Positions 29,281 through 40,261 of a stretch of 61,174 bases of DNA are shown here, piece by piece. Positions within the stretch are counted from its first letter, which is position 1, and the number at the start of each line of letters is the position of its first letter. Source of the stretch: an uncultured Thermoanaerobaculia bacterium (GTDB taxonomy: Bacteria > Acidobacteriota > Thermoanaerobaculia > Thermoanaerobaculales > Sulfomarinibacteraceae); NCBI GenBank assembly GCA_964512045.1, contig CAZEJK010000001.1, forward strand, positions 54,398-115,571. The letters are read 5' to 3'. Position numbers and translations under genes: made by a program. Under the pieces are notes generated by a model. The model saw nothing but the letters and a program-made list of their open reading frames with translations. It had not been told where the DNA came from and ran no database searches.

Positions 29281-32200
29281 ATGAGCCGTCTGATTCGTAT
29301 CGGGAGCTTGGTTGCTGTGACGCTGTTGCTGACCGTGGTCGGCGCATCGGCCGACGACTGCTTTACATACCTGCCACCCCCGATGTTGGATACCTCTGAC
29401 AACACCAACCAGGCCCCAATCACTGATCGAGCGATGCAGGCCAACATCATCCACCGGAGCGGAACGCCGTACCTGGTGCTGAATACGGGCAACGACCTCA
29501 AGCTCCTGCGGCTCACCGACCCGACGGATCCCAGCAGTGCCGCGTCCTCCAGCTGGATGTTCAGCGTGGTGCAGCCGGACGGGGACGTCGACTTCAACCT
29601 GTTCGGCATCGCGATGTGTGACGACTGCCGCTACGGGATGGCGAACTACCGGAACTCCGGCGCGATCGTGTTCGACACGGGCGCCGGGACGACCCCCTCG
29701 TTCGCCGGAGGGAGTCAGGCCTACCTCGATCACACGAGCCTCGGCTCGTTCACCTTCAAGAAGGGTGCGACACAGTACCTGGTGTCGAACGGTCTCGAGA
29801 GCAACGCGCCTGCAACCCTTTACGAGATCGACGGGGTCGATGCCGACGACATCACCGAGATCATGAGGTTCGACGCCGCCTCTGGAGCGTATCAGGTACG
29901 GATGGGCGAGCGGTACGGGAACCATCTCTACCTTGCCGCCGCGAGCAGCGCCATGCCGGTGCGGGGCCAGGTGGTGATCGCGGACATCACCGCGCCGACC
30001 AACCCGACGGTCGTCGCGTTCGGCGCTGCGGTGGGCGCGGCGTACTCGCCGCTGTCCGTGGATGCTGCCAACGGCTACATGGTCACCGCCGGGTTTGAGG
30101 GAGTCGAGCTGTACGACATCGCCGGTGATCCGATGGCGCCGGCGCTGCTGGCCTCCATCAGCCCGCCCGCGGGTCAGCAGATCACTACCGTCACGGTGAG
30201 CTACCCCTATTTGGTCCTCCAGAACCAAGGTGGCCTGTGGATGGACGTGTACGACATCACCGTGCCCACCCAGCCGACGCCGATCAGCTCCAGCTACTGG
30301 ACCGATCGGGACCTGGTGCACAACGACTACGGCGGCGGCGCCGTTCCCTACGATGCGGCGTTCAGCCCAGGCGCGGACGTTGTCTACCTGGCCCGGCACG
30401 TGGTCGCCCAGGCGTTCGAGATCGACTGCGTGTCGGTTGCGCCGGTGGCCAACGTCTCGGTGACGCCGGATCCGGCGTACCCTGGCGATCAGATCACGGC
30501 TGTCTCGACCTCCAGTGGCCCGGTGTCGAGCACCTGGATGTGGGTGACGGACGCGACCGGCACGGTCGTGGCCGGGGATCAGCCGTTCGGTCCCCAGCGC
30601 GAGTCGCTGACGTGGACCGTGCCCGACGATCTTCTGAGCAGCGATCAGCTCACGGTCCATGTGGCCGTCGCCGGCGACGGCTACCCGTACAACGCGGCCG
30701 TCCCGGGCGATCAGCTCAAGGAGCGAGCGATCGCGATCGACCGTGCCCCGCAGGTGGAGATCACCACCGCCCCCGATGCAGTGATCACCGGCGATACGGT
30801 GACGTTGACCGCAGACGCGGAGGGGCATCCCTCCTCCGGAAGCGAGGACAGCCCGTACACATGGACGATAGCGCCCCCCAGCGACAAAGCGTACTCCGAC
30901 ACTGGCGAGCAGGTCGCGGTCGAGCTGACCGAGTCCGGCCAGTGGTGCTGGGGTGTGGATGTCCAGTACCAGCACGAGGCGACCGGAGGTGGGCTGTTCA
31001 TCGCCGAGAACGATGGCTGCCTGACCGTGAGCTCCGTGGCGGCAGCGTTCACGGTGAGCCCGTCGCAGCCGCTCGAGGGCGACGAGATCACATTGGATGC
31101 CTCCGGCTCGGTGGTGCAGCTCGGTGTCTTCCCCGAGTACGCGTGGACCTTCCTGAACGGCCCGACCTTGTACACCGGATGTCCGGGCGAGGAGACCTGT
31201 GTGATCCCCGCGGATACGCTCGTGTCGTCCGAGTCCGGTAGCCCGTACGAGGTGCAGCTCCAGATTACCAACCCTACGAACGGCGACACTGACACGACCA
31301 CGCGAACGTTTCCGGTGATCGACGATGACATCAGCGCGGACTTCACCTTCTCGCCCCCCAGCCCGGAGATCGGCACCTCGGTGCTGTTCACCGCCACCGG
31401 CATCACCGGTGAGATCGAGCAGATCACCTGGTACTACGGCGGCAGCGGGTGCAGCGGCTACTCGTCGCCGGCAACCTGTACGCCAAGTGCCTTCACCGAC
31501 TGTCGGGAGATCACCTACAAGTACGCTTCCGGCGGCAACAAGAGCGTCTACTACGTCGTGACCGTTGGCGGCGCCGAGTACACCTCTGCGCGCCACACGG
31601 TGACGGTCGCCAGCAGCGGCTCGTGCAACGACTGCTCCTACCAGCTGTCGCCCAGCTCGGCCTCGTACGGCTCGGCACAGGCGAACGGCTCGTTCTCGGT
31701 GCAGACCTCGAGCGGCTGCACGTGGTCGGCGTCCTCGAACCGTTCGTGGATCCAGATCACGTCCGGGGGCAGCGGCTCCGGCACCGGAAGCGTGTCATAT
31801 CGAGTTCTGCAGAACACCACGACGTCCTCTCGGAGTGGCACGATCACCGTGCAGGGCAAGTCGTTCCAGATCTCCCAGAGTGCAGGGTCCGCAAGCTCTG
31901 TGAACTTCACCATCTCCGACTCCACCCCGGAGATCGGTCAAGAGGTCACCTTCACCATCGACAGCGAGCCGAACACCTGGGACAAGATCAAGTGGAACTT
32001 CGGCGGCTCGAGCTGCGACGGGGAGACCCCAGTCGTCGACTGCGGGGTGTTCAACGACGGCTGCTACTCGATGACCTGGCGGTACAGCACTTCCGGGACC
32101 AAGACGGTGACCTTGACGGTGAACGAGGGTATGGCGACGTCGGCCACCCGTGCGCGCTCGGTGACTGTGTCGAGCACCGGGAGCTGTGTGGAGTGTGAGC

Positions 32201-34734
32201 TGTCGGCGCCGCCGCAGGCGAGCTTCGTGCTGTCGCCGGACGAGGTGGCGATCGACATGCCCGTCACCTTCACGGACACGTCAACCGGCGAGCCGGCGGA
32301 TGCGTGGTCGTGGCGGATCACTCGCGATGGGAGCACAGTCCATACCGCCAGCTCCCGGAGCTTTGCGTACTCCTTCGCGCAGCCAGGCCTGTACCAGATC
32401 GCCCTGACGGCCAGCAACTGCGCCGGCGAGGACACGGCCACCCAGATGCTCGAGGTGTTCGAGAGCCTCGGGCCGGAGGAGTTCGTGGTGCCTGCGGTGG
32501 TGCACGCCACCGGCCAGAACGACACCAGCTGGAAGACGGATCTGCGGGTGTTCAACCCGTGTGACGCCGGGCTGGATGTCCGCATCGACTTCCTCGAGCT
32601 CGGGATCGACAACTCGGGTCCGTCGCCGCCAGGCATCTCGCGGGCCCTGGTGCCCCACCAGACCCTGGTGCTCGACGACGTGCTGATGTGGATCCCGTTC
32701 CACGAGGAGAACACGCAGGGCTCGCTGCGGGTCACGTTCGAGGGTCCGAGCGCCTGTACGCCCGTGGTCATGTCGCGGACCTATAACGACACCCCGGACG
32801 GAACCTACGGCCAGTACGTGCCTGCTGTGGCCGTGGCAGAGGGCGACGGCGAGAACCTGATGCTCACCGGCCTGGCCCACAACACGCTGTACCGAACCAA
32901 TGTCGGGCTGGCGAACCTGAGCGGTATCGGCGTGCCGGGTATCACCCTTCGAATCCTCGATCCAGCGGGGAACGTGCTGGCGGAGAAGAGCGACGTCGGC
33001 CTGCCGCCGTACTCGAGCATCCAGGTGGTCAATGTCGCCCGCGCCGCGGGGGTGAGCGACGATCTGGACCTGTTCTCGCTGGAGATCGATGCCAACGGTG
33101 AGTACATCACGGCCTACGCCTCGCTGATCGACAACCGCACTGACGATCCCGTCATGTACACGCCGATCCGGAGCACCAATCCGACCGTCTTTCTTCCCGG
33201 CACTGCCCACGTTGCGGGTGTTGGCGAGTCGCTCTGGCGCTCCGACCTGACCCTGTTCAACCCCACCGACAGCACCATGACCGTGGAGCTCGCCTACCAT
33301 CCTGAGGACCAGCAGGGAGCGCAGAAAGGATGGGAGCTGACGCCCAAGGCATCGCTCTTCCTGCCGGATGTGGTCGGGCTGTTCCGTCCCATGGATGACA
33401 GCAAGGGCTACTTCACCGTGTCGGTGGCGGATCCTGCGTCTGCACAGACGCTGGCCCCGGGGTTCAGCTGGACACCGACGAGCCCGAGCGTCGGCGATTC
33501 CGTTATCTTCTCGCTGAGCGGCGTGACCGCGGAGATCGCGTCCGTGCAGTGGAGCTTCGACGATCCAGGCTGTGGGTCGCAAGACACCACCTGCGTGGCC
33601 AACGTCTGGGACGACTGCACGCAGAAGACCTTCCGGTTCGCGAACGCGGGCGACCACTCGGTGCGCTACACCGTCGAGTACGTCAGCGGCTCGCAGCAGA
33701 CCTCCACCACCCAGATCGTGACAGTCGACTCTGATGGTGAATGCCCGGGCGGAACCTGCTCCTACTCGATCTCGCCGGGATCGCGCAACTTCGATCAGGG
33801 TGGAGGCGCCGGCAGCATCAGCCTGACCACCAGCTCGGGCTGCAGCTGGACGGCGTCCTCGAACAAGAGCTGGATCCGGATCACCTCCGGCACGAGCGGG
33901 AACGGCAGCAGCACGGTCAGCTACACGGTGGATGCCAACGCCAGCTCGAGCTCACGGAACGGGACCGTGACGGTTGGTGGTCGAAGCCACTCCGTGTACC
34001 AGTCCGGCGCCGGTGCTGACTGCACCTACAGTGTCTCGCCGTCGCAACGTACGGTCGCGGGTAGCGGTGGCTCGGGCACCTTCTCCGTGACAGCCGACAG
34101 CGGCTGTGGTTGGAGTGCCTCGCCCACCCAGGGCTGGATCCAGATCACCTCTGGTGCGTCCGGCTCGGGCTCCGGGAGCGTGACATTCTCGGCGCCGGCC
34201 AACCCAACCCAGTACTCGCGCACAGGCGGGATCGCGATCGCCGGCCAGACGGTGTACGTCATCCAGGAGGCGCCCGCCTCCGAGAGCACCCTGATGCCGC
34301 TGCTTGCGGCGCGTACCTACAGCTTGTCCCCGACCGGAACCTTCGGTCAGAACACTCCTGCCATCGCGAGCTCGGAGGCGCTGTCAGCGGGGTCACCAGC
34401 GTACATCCCCGGCGTCGTGGCCAGCAACCCGCAGGAGACCACCGGGTTCCGGACCAACCTGGGCCTGATCAACACCGGAACCGCGGACGCACGGGTGGAC
34501 ATCACGTTCTATGCGGACAGTGGTGGCGCCCCGATCGGCTTTATCCCGAGCTACCCGCTCGGAGGGAAGCAATCGGTACAGTTCAACATCCACCAGGCGC
34601 TCGGGATGCAGGCGCAGACCACCGGCTCGTTGAAGCTCGAGGTGGTGAGCGGCGGTCCGGTTGTCGCGTACGCCTCGGTGGTCGATAACCGAACGCAGGA
34701 CCCGACGTTCGTCCCTGCGCTGAAGCTGCGTTAG
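29281..34734 (+). CDS. Giant secreted/cell-surface protein: LVIVD-type propeller + PKD/Ig-like domains + three BACON-like domains + two copies of an unnamed beta-rich domain
   Basis: Signal peptide MSRLIRIGSLVAVTLLLTVVGASA. LVIVD-like repeats (VVIADITAPTNPTVV, GVELYDIAGDPMAPALL, MDVYDITVPTQPTPI). PKD-like modules from about 30430. BACON-like modules (C.Y..SP......G..G.F.V....GC.W.A.S...WI.ITSG.SG.G.G.V.Y.V) at about 31633, 33755 and 34018. Confidence 0.9.
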   Translation: MSRLIRIGSLVAVTLLLTVVGASADDCFTYLPPPMLDTSDNTNQAPITDRAMQANIIHRSGTPYLVLNTGNDLKLLRLTDPTDPSSAASSSWMFSVVQPDGDVDFNLFGIAMCDDCRYGMANYRNSGAIVFDTGAGTTPSFAGGSQAYLDHTSLGSFTFKKGATQYLVSNGLESNAPATLYEIDGVDADDITEIMRFDAASGAYQVRMGERYGNHLYLAAASSAMPVRGQVVIADITAPTNPTVVAFGAAVGAAYSPLSVDAANGYMVTAGFEGVELYDIAGDPMAPALLASISPPAGQQITTVTVSYPYLVLQNQGGLWMDVYDITVPTQPTPISSSYWTDRDLVHNDYGGGAVPYDAAFSPGADVVYLARHVVAQAFEIDCVSVAPVANVSVTPDPAYPGDQITAVSTSSGPVSSTWMWVTDATGTVVAGDQPFGPQRESLTWTVPDDLLSSDQLTVHVAVAGDGYPYNAAVPGDQLKERAIAIDRAPQVEITTAPDAVITGDTVTLTADAEGHPSSGSEDSPYTWTIAPPSDKAYSDTGEQVAVELTESGQWCWGVDVQYQHEATGGGLFIAENDGCLTVSSVAAAFTVSPSQPLEGDEITLDASGSVVQLGVFPEYAWTFLNGPTLYTGCPGEETCVIPADTLVSSESGSPYEVQLQITNPTNGDTDTTTRTFPVIDDDISADFTFSPPSPEIGTSVLFTATGITGEIEQITWYYGGSGCSGYSSPATCTPSAFTDCREITYKYASGGNKSVYYVVTVGGAEYTSARHTVTVASSGSCNDCSYQLSPSSASYGSAQANGSFSVQTSSGCTWSASSNRSWIQITSGGSGSGTGSVSYRVLQNTTTSSRSGTITVQGKSFQISQSAGSASSVNFTISDSTPEIGQEVTFTIDSEPNTWDKIKWNFGGSSCDGETPVVDCGVFNDGCYSMTWRYSTSGTKTVTLTVNEGMATSATRARSVTVSSTGSCVECELSAPPQASFVLSPDEVAIDMPVTFTDTSTGEPADAWSWRITRDGSTVHTASSRSFAYSFAQPGLYQIALTASNCAGEDTATQMLEVFESLGPEEFVVPAVVHATGQNDTSWKTDLRVFNPCDAGLDVRIDFLELGIDNSGPSPPGISRALVPHQTLVLDDVLMWIPFHEENTQGSLRVTFEGPSACTPVVMSRTYNDTPDGTYGQYVPAVAVAEGDGENLMLTGLAHNTLYRTNVGLANLSGIGVPGITLRILDPAGNVLAEKSDVGLPPYSSIQVVNVARAAGVSDDLDLFSLEIDANGEYITAYASLIDNRTDDPVMYTPIRSTNPTVFLPGTAHVAGVGESLWRSDLTLFNPTDSTMTVELAYHPEDQQGAQKGWELTPKASLFLPDVVGLFRPMDDSKGYFTVSVADPASAQTLAPGFSWTPTSPSVGDSVIFSLSGVTAEIASVQWSFDDPGCGSQDTTCVANVWDDCTQKTFRFANAGDHSVRYTVEYVSGSQQTSTTQIVTVDSDGECPGGTCSYSISPGSRNFDQGGGAGSISLTTSSGCSWTASSNKSWIRITSGTSGNGSSTVSYTVDANASSSSRNGTVTVGGRSHSVYQSGAGADCTYSVSPSQRTVAGSGGSGTFSVTADSGCGWSASPTQGWIQITSGASGSGSGSVTFSAPANPTQYSRTGGIAIAGQTVYVIQEAPASESTLMPLLAARTYSLSPTGTFGQNTPAIASSEALSAGSPAYIPGVVASNPQETTGFRTNLGLINTGTADARVDITFYADSGGAPIGFIPSYPLGGKQSVQFNIHQALGMQAQTTGSLKLEVVSGGPVVAYASVVDNRTQDPTFVPALKLR

Positions 34735-34771
34735 GCACGTTCGACGGGAGCCGGGCGAGTCCGACTCGAGA

Positions 34772-34800
34772 GGGGCGGCGGTCGATACGACCGCCGCCTC
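34772..34800 (+). terminator. Hairpin (11-13 bp GC stem) after the giant gene; probable terminator
   Basis: GGCGGCGGTCG ata CGACCGCCGCC followed by TCATATCATACT. Confidence 0.5.
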
Positions 34801-34957
34801 ATATCATACTCAGCACATCTGCCGACGGGCGTCGTACACTGCTCCTCGAGGTGATGGACGTGCAGATCGGCAATACCCATGCGCTCGAGGCTGCGGGAGG
34901 TGAGCATCCGGGTGCAGAACGGCACGACCTGACTGGCGCCGGACCGGGCTCGCCGTC

Positions 34958-37261
34958 ATGATCGCCCTCCTCGTTGCCCTCGCGCCGATCGTCCTGCTGC
35001 ATGTGGTGTGGCTGCGGCGGCGTAGCGAGCTGCTCCGTTTCCAGCTCGTGCTGGACCTGGTCCTGGTGGCGGCCCTGGGAGCGGCCTGGCTTCCGTCAGT
35101 GGACCTCAACCCCGTTCGCTGCCTGGAGCCGTTGCCACCGTACACGGCCTATGCCTGGGACGAGATGACCACGCTGCAGCCTGCTCAGGGCGACCTGACC
35201 CTGCAGATGCATCCGTGGTGGGCGGAGGTCCGCGACCGCCTCCTGCACTCGGGCCAGCTCGGGTGGCTGTCCGAACGGATCGGCGCCGGGACGCCGCTCC
35301 TCGCCAACGGCCAGGTTGGCCTGCTGGCCCCGCCGATGCTGCCGGTGTGGGTCCTCGGACCGGAGAGCGGTACCAAGGTCATGGCCGTGTGGAAGCTCGA
35401 GCTCGCCGGGCTCGGCATGTTCCTGCTTCTTCGTCGTTTCTGGAGGCTGCGGTTCGCTGCAGCCGCGGTCGGTGGGGTCATTGCCGCGGCCGGACCGTTC
35501 ATCATCGGCTGGCTGCTGGTCCCCCTGTCGTGGAACCTGGCGGCGTTGCCGTGGCTCGCCTGGCTCCTGCTCCGTGCGACCGCGCGGCGCGCCGGTTGGC
35601 TGCTGCGCACGGGAGCGGTCGCAGCCTGCACGGCCCTCGTCGGCACCGGTCTCCATCCGGAGAGTGCGCTGGTGGTCGTGGGCGGCGCGTCGCTCACGAC
35701 GGTGATCTGCCGCCCCCGCGGCGCGGCCAGGCTCGCAGGGATCGTCGGTGTCGCGGCCTGCCTGACGGTGCTCCTCACGCTCCCGAGCCTGGCTGCGATC
35801 TCCGCTTCATCGAAGGCCCATGCCTATGCCGCCGAGAACCCGAACGCCGAGCCGATCCCCGCCGCGCTGCGCTGGGCGGTGGCGGCACAGGGCGTGCTCC
35901 CCGCGGTGCACGGACATCCAGGGGTCGGTCGGTGGACGGCGCCGTACCCCTACCCGGCCGGCGCTGTGGGGATCGGATGTGCGGGGCTCGTCCTGGCCGG
36001 GGTGGCGCGACCCAGGCGACGGTACTGGCGGCTGACAGTGGCGGCACTGGCGTGTCTCTACGTGCCGCTCGAGGTGCTGTTTCGGATCGGCCCGCTCGGA
36101 GATCTCCTGGTGTGGGTTCCGCCGCTGGATCGGATGACGCTGCCACGTTTTGCGGCGTTACTGCCGTGGGCTCTGGCGCTGCTGGCGAGTCTCGCAGTGG
36201 ACAGCCTGATCCGGTCGCCGCGACGGCGATGGCCGGTGTTCTGGCTCATCCTCGTCGTCTGCATGGTCATCGCGGCGACACAGCTGCCGGGCGGGGCGGC
36301 GGACCGCATGCTGGTCGCCGTGAGCGTGGCTGCCGGTCTGAGCGCGGCTGTGCTGGCACAGATCCGTGCCGCTCGCGGCCTGCCCGTGCTCGTGGCCGTC
36401 GAGCTGGCGATTCTCGCGATCGGGATCAACCCGACCGCAGCCCGCACGGATCGTGTCCCACGGCTCCCAGTGCTCGAGCGACTGCAGGCGCACACCGCCG
36501 GGCGTCCCGGTCGTATCATCGGCGTGGGAGGCGCGCTCAGGGCCAACGTTGCGTCCCGGTACGGCTTGAGCGACCTGCGCGCCTTCGATCCAGTCCGGCC
36601 GCTCCCGCTGGCTCGGCTGCACGCCGTCCTCGGTGCGAGCGATCCGGTCCTGCCGGGCCCGGTGCACCGGGCGCCGCCGCGGGTTCTCGGGGCATGGTCG
36701 GTGCGCTACCTGGTGGCCCCGCACGGCTGGCGTGCCCCCGAAGGCTGGGAGCCGCTCGACTCGGGGAGCGATCTGAGCGTGTGGACGAACCGTTACTGGC
36801 AGCCAGAGGTCCGGGTGCTACGCGAGGCCGTCCAGCGCACGGATCGGACGCTGATGACGGAGCTGGCATCGGATCCGAGCTGGCTGGTGGATGCGGTGGC
36901 GTTGGCGCCGGATGCTGCCATCACCATCCAGGCCGAGAACGCGACGCTCGAGTCGCTGCGGCAGGCCACAGCCCATCGCATCGTGGTCGATGTTGCCTGC
37001 GACGGAACGTGTGTCGTTGCGGCGGCCAGGGCGTGGAGCCCCGGCTGGAGCGCACGGGTCGATGGCCGGATGACCACCCTCCTGCGTGTCAACCTGGCGG
37101 GGATGGGTACCACTGTGTCGGCAGGCCACCATCGCGTGGAGCTGGTGTACGAGCCGTACGTTGGCGCAGTCCGGTGGCTGACCGCTGGGAGGTCGGCACG
37201 CAGATTGCTACTCTCCACACACGCGCCGGATACCTTCGGCGCCAAGGAGGATGCGAGATGA
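34958..37261 (+). CDS. Large polytopic membrane protein, YfhO-like / GT-C-type glycosyltransferase candidate
   Basis: 767 aa with more than 12 hydrophobic spans, then a soluble C-terminal domain of about 200 aa. The size and topology match YfhO-family proteins. I could not verify any motif by eye. Confidence 0.5.
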   Translation: MIALLVALAPIVLLHVVWLRRRSELLRFQLVLDLVLVAALGAAWLPSVDLNPVRCLEPLPPYTAYAWDEMTTLQPAQGDLTLQMHPWWAEVRDRLLHSGQLGWLSERIGAGTPLLANGQVGLLAPPMLPVWVLGPESGTKVMAVWKLELAGLGMFLLLRRFWRLRFAAAAVGGVIAAAGPFIIGWLLVPLSWNLAALPWLAWLLLRATARRAGWLLRTGAVAACTALVGTGLHPESALVVVGGASLTTVICRPRGAARLAGIVGVAACLTVLLTLPSLAAISASSKAHAYAAENPNAEPIPAALRWAVAAQGVLPAVHGHPGVGRWTAPYPYPAGAVGIGCAGLVLAGVARPRRRYWRLTVAALACLYVPLEVLFRIGPLGDLLVWVPPLDRMTLPRFAALLPWALALLASLAVDSLIRSPRRRWPVFWLILVVCMVIAATQLPGGAADRMLVAVSVAAGLSAAVLAQIRAARGLPVLVAVELAILAIGINPTAARTDRVPRLPVLERLQAHTAGRPGRIIGVGGALRANVASRYGLSDLRAFDPVRPLPLARLHAVLGASDPVLPGPVHRAPPRVLGAWSVRYLVAPHGWRAPEGWEPLDSGSDLSVWTNRYWQPEVRVLREAVQRTDRTLMTELASDPSWLVDAVALAPDAAITIQAENATLESLRQATAHRIVVDVACDGTCVVAAARAWSPGWSARVDGRMTTLLRVNLAGMGTTVSAGHHRVELVYEPYVGAVRWLTAGRSARRLLLSTHAPDTFGAKEDAR

Positions 37262-38094
37262 CACGACAGTTCGTAACGCTGCTGCTGACGGCTGCTGTCG
37301 CGGCCCCGCTGGCCGCTTCTAAACTTCCTGATACAAAAGCTCTTGAGTCGATGCTGACGGGCACCGAGGACGCAGTTGCGTTCGCACAGCTCTACCCGAT
37401 CAAGCTGACCCTGCACGAGGAGGAGACCGCGATCGATGGGACCCGAAGGGTGTCGGATCGCGTCCTCTACGTCAATCCGGCAGATCTTTCGCAGATGCGG
37501 CTGGAGATGATGGACAACGTGGTCCTCGGCCGCAGCGGCGCGAAGGGCTGGGCCACCATCAAGGGCCAGCCGGATCCGAGACCTTCGAGCCCTGCCATGG
37601 CGATTGGCACGATCAACGAGATCGCATTTCCGCTGCTGTTCCCATACAGCCTCGCGCTACGCGAAGCGGAGCTGACCGAGGTCAGCGCCGGGACGTGGGA
37701 GGAGCAGCCACTGTGGTCGGCCACCGTGGAGTTCGGCGAGAAGTTCTTCGGAAACCCCGTGATGTCCACCGACTGGGAGGCGCTCGTCGAGCCGTCTGAC
37801 CTGACCGTCCGCGCACTCCAGTTCACTCCGGAGCAGGAGTACGTCCGGGCAGGCGCCGAAGGGATGCGCTACAGCGTGCTGAGCACTCAGGAGGTGCAGG
37901 GGTGCTCGCTGCCGAAGAACGTGCTGGTGGTCGGTCTGCATCAGGATGGAACCGAGAACGGTCACGTCAAGGTGATCGAGGTGGACGTGGAGGTTCTGGA
38001 CACCTGGGATCCGCGCCTGTTCCTCAGCCCGGAGGAGATCCAGCGGTTCGAAGAGGACGGCTTCATCGAGGAGCAGTTCGGCGATCAGGGGTAG
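37258..38094 (+). CDS. Secreted hypothetical protein, translationally coupled to the YfhO-like gene
   Basis: ATG 37258 overlaps the upstream stop (ATGA). Signal peptide MTRQFVTLLLTAAVAAPLAAS. 278 aa. It is the only coding part of the 959-aa track ORF 35215-38094. Confidence 0.7.
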   Translation: MTRQFVTLLLTAAVAAPLAASKLPDTKALESMLTGTEDAVAFAQLYPIKLTLHEEETAIDGTRRVSDRVLYVNPADLSQMRLEMMDNVVLGRSGAKGWATIKGQPDPRPSSPAMAIGTINEIAFPLLFPYSLALREAELTEVSAGTWEEQPLWSATVEFGEKFFGNPVMSTDWEALVEPSDLTVRALQFTPEQEYVRAGAEGMRYSVLSTQEVQGCSLPKNVLVVGLHQDGTENGHVKVIEVDVEVLDTWDPRLFLSPEEIQRFEEDGFIEEQFGDQG

Positions 38095-38211
38095 GCGACA
38101 ACGCACTGGACAGTGGTCGGGAGCCGACGCGGACCCAGCGACCGCCTGATACCTGATCCACGGAGCACCCGATCGAGGTCAGATTGCCCTCAACGGCTAC
38201 CCCACCCTGAC

Positions 38212-38220
38212 TGGTATACT
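38212..38220 (+). promoter_or_regulatory. Extended -10 element TGgTATACT upstream of wzm
   Basis: TGGTATACT lies 27 nt upstream of ATG 38247. No good -35 is present. Confidence 0.35.
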
Positions 38221-38246
38221 CCCGTGTCGGATCGAGCTGGAGGCTG

Positions 38247-39025
38247 ATGCGGGTGCTGACCCAGAACCTATTTCTGCTCCGAGAGTTCACTCGGCGCGAC
38301 TTCAAGGGGCGCTACGCCGGATCGATGTTCGGGCTGCTGTGGTCGTTCGTGCAGCCGCTGTGGGAGCTCGCCCTGTTCACATTCATCTTCTCCACGGTGC
38401 TCAAGATCTCTCCACTGGGGGAGCGCACCGACAACTTCGCCGTGTTCCTCTTCTGTGGTCTGCTCCCGTGGACCGCGGTGCATCAGGGGGTGTTCCGAGC
38501 GTCGACCGCCATCACCGACAACGCGAACCTCGTCAAGAAGGTCAGCTTCCCGTCGGAGCTGCTGGTGTTCTCGGTGGTGGGAGCAGCGATCCTGCACGAG
38601 GCGATCGCCATGACGCTGTTTCTCATCGTCCTGGCTCTGCTCGGGAGCCTGTCGTTCAGCGGGCTGTGGCTCCTTCTCCTGGCACTGCCCCTCCAGCTGG
38701 CATTGACTGTAGGCCTGGGCCTGATGCTCGGCGCGGTCAACGTCTTCTTCCGCGATATCTCCCAGCTGCTATCGATGCTCCTCATGGGGTGGTTTTACGT
38801 CACACCGATCGTCTATCCGCTCGGCCTGCTGCCGGAGCACCTGCGGGGGATCATCGAGCTGAATCCGCTCGCCACCCTGGTGCTTCTCTACCGTGAGGCG
38901 TTGCTCGGAGGGTCCACGATCCCTGTCGTCGACACTGTACGCCTGCTGGTGATCGCTCTGGGAGCGCTCGCGGCGGGTCTCTGGCTGTTCCGCCGGCTCA
39001 AGCCGGCCTTTGTGGATGAGCTGTG

Positions 39026-39026
<1 letters not shown>
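38247..39026 (+). CDS. wzm: ABC-2 type polysaccharide export permease (Wzm/TagG-like)
   Basis: LREFTRRDFKGRYAGSMFGLLWSFVQPLWELALFTFIFS is the typical ABC-2 N-terminal block. Six TM spans. 259 aa. Confidence 0.88.

Positions 39027-40257
<1,231 letters not shown>

Positions 40258-40261
<4 letters not shown>

Noticed and set aside
35215-37257. First 681 codons of the 959-aa plus-strand ORF 35215-38094.
   Set aside because: It is out of frame within the YfhO-like membrane-protein gene and R/G/A-rich. Only the last 278 codons, from ATG 37258 with a signal peptide, look coding.
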